Shown here: piece after piece, positions 63,896 to 64,000 of the stretch | Position numbering within the stretch: the stretch's first letter is position 1 | How the letters are laid out: every line of letters begins with the position of its first letter | Translations under genes and position numbers: made by a program | Source: a plasmid | Length of the DNA stretch: 64,000 nt | Sequence record: NZ_AP023324.1 | Direction: 5' to 3' (one strand) | Notes under the pieces: model-generated | Told to the model about the DNA's origin: nothing | Databases searched by the model: none | The model's input: only the letters and a program-made list of their open reading frames with translations

Positions 63896-64000
63896 CACCC
63901 GCAGGCCGCCGAACAGCGTGTAGCCGAATTTCTCATATTCATAGGTCCGAAAGCGCTCGCCGAAATAGCGCACGCCCGGCGTGTTGGTCAGGTTCTTGCC
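63896..64000 (-). CDS. C-terminal end of an outer-membrane beta-barrel protein (partial, continues beyond window)
   Basis: Reverse-strand translation …GKNLTNTPGVRYFGERFRTYEYEKFGYTLFGGLRVKL* has a TBDR/OMP-like C-terminal barrel strand pattern. Confidence 0.35.

Noticed and set aside
1-64000. Searches for CRISPR arrays, rRNA and tRNA genes
   Set aside because: No array of short regularly spaced direct repeats with unique spacers, no rRNA-like conserved stretches, and no convincing cloverleaf-forming segment with a tRNA-like GTTC/T-loop context were seen. The repeats found are iterons, IS/Tn inverted repeats and operator-type palindromes.

Overview
High-GC (about 65-68%) alphaproteobacterial DNA with a sphingomonad-like gene set. 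It is a mosaic accessory region, not core chromosome. Mobile genetic elements: (i) a RES/Xre toxin-antitoxin pair; (ii) a plasmid-type backbone made of a tyrosine integrase, an iteron-flanked repA, a parA and a ribbon-helix-helix (RHH) parG-like gene; (iii) an IS630-family insertion sequence with intact inverted repeats; (iv) a Tn3-family transposon with a canonical 38-bp terminal IR, divergent tnpR/tnpA and glycosyltransferase/acyltransferase cargo; (v) a compact Tn552/Tn5053-like element (resolvase, TniA-like transposase, TniB-like ATPase) bounded by ~54-bp inverted repeats and nested between the Tn3 tnpR and tnpA, as expected for a res-site hunter. Polysaccharide and surface genes: (vi) an exopolysaccharide gene cluster whose right half (~34.5-42.8 kb) has markedly lower GC, with Wzy-like, O-antigen-ligase-like, Wza, Wzc/ExoP and two unknown genes; its right boundary coincides with the 3' end of a frameshifted GH43 gene (possibly truncated); (vii) an ArnT-like GT and a GT1. 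Toxin, conjugation and other: (viii) an orphan PAAR-domain class-3-lipase toxin gene followed by three tandem paralogous ankyrin-repeat lipoprotein genes (putative immunity; two intact, one decayed); (ix) a TonB-dependent receptor; (x) a MobF/TrwC-type relaxase-helicase with a neighbouring repeat-rich intergenic region (TGTAGCA repeats and a perfect hairpin); (xi) XRE regulators, ugd, a beta-propeller phytase and a partial outer-membrane protein. Many genes (>25) carry single-base frameshifts, mostly in G/C homopolymer runs. The sequence is therefore either error-prone or genuinely pseudogene-rich, and all CDS coordinates below are gene spans that may include frameshifts. A palindromic motif ACATGTCGACATGT and variants (TGTCGACA core, often paired with GATTGTCG) recurs at least 10 times, concentrated around the plasmid-like module and in several promoter regions. 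No rRNA, CRISPR array or convincing tRNA was seen.
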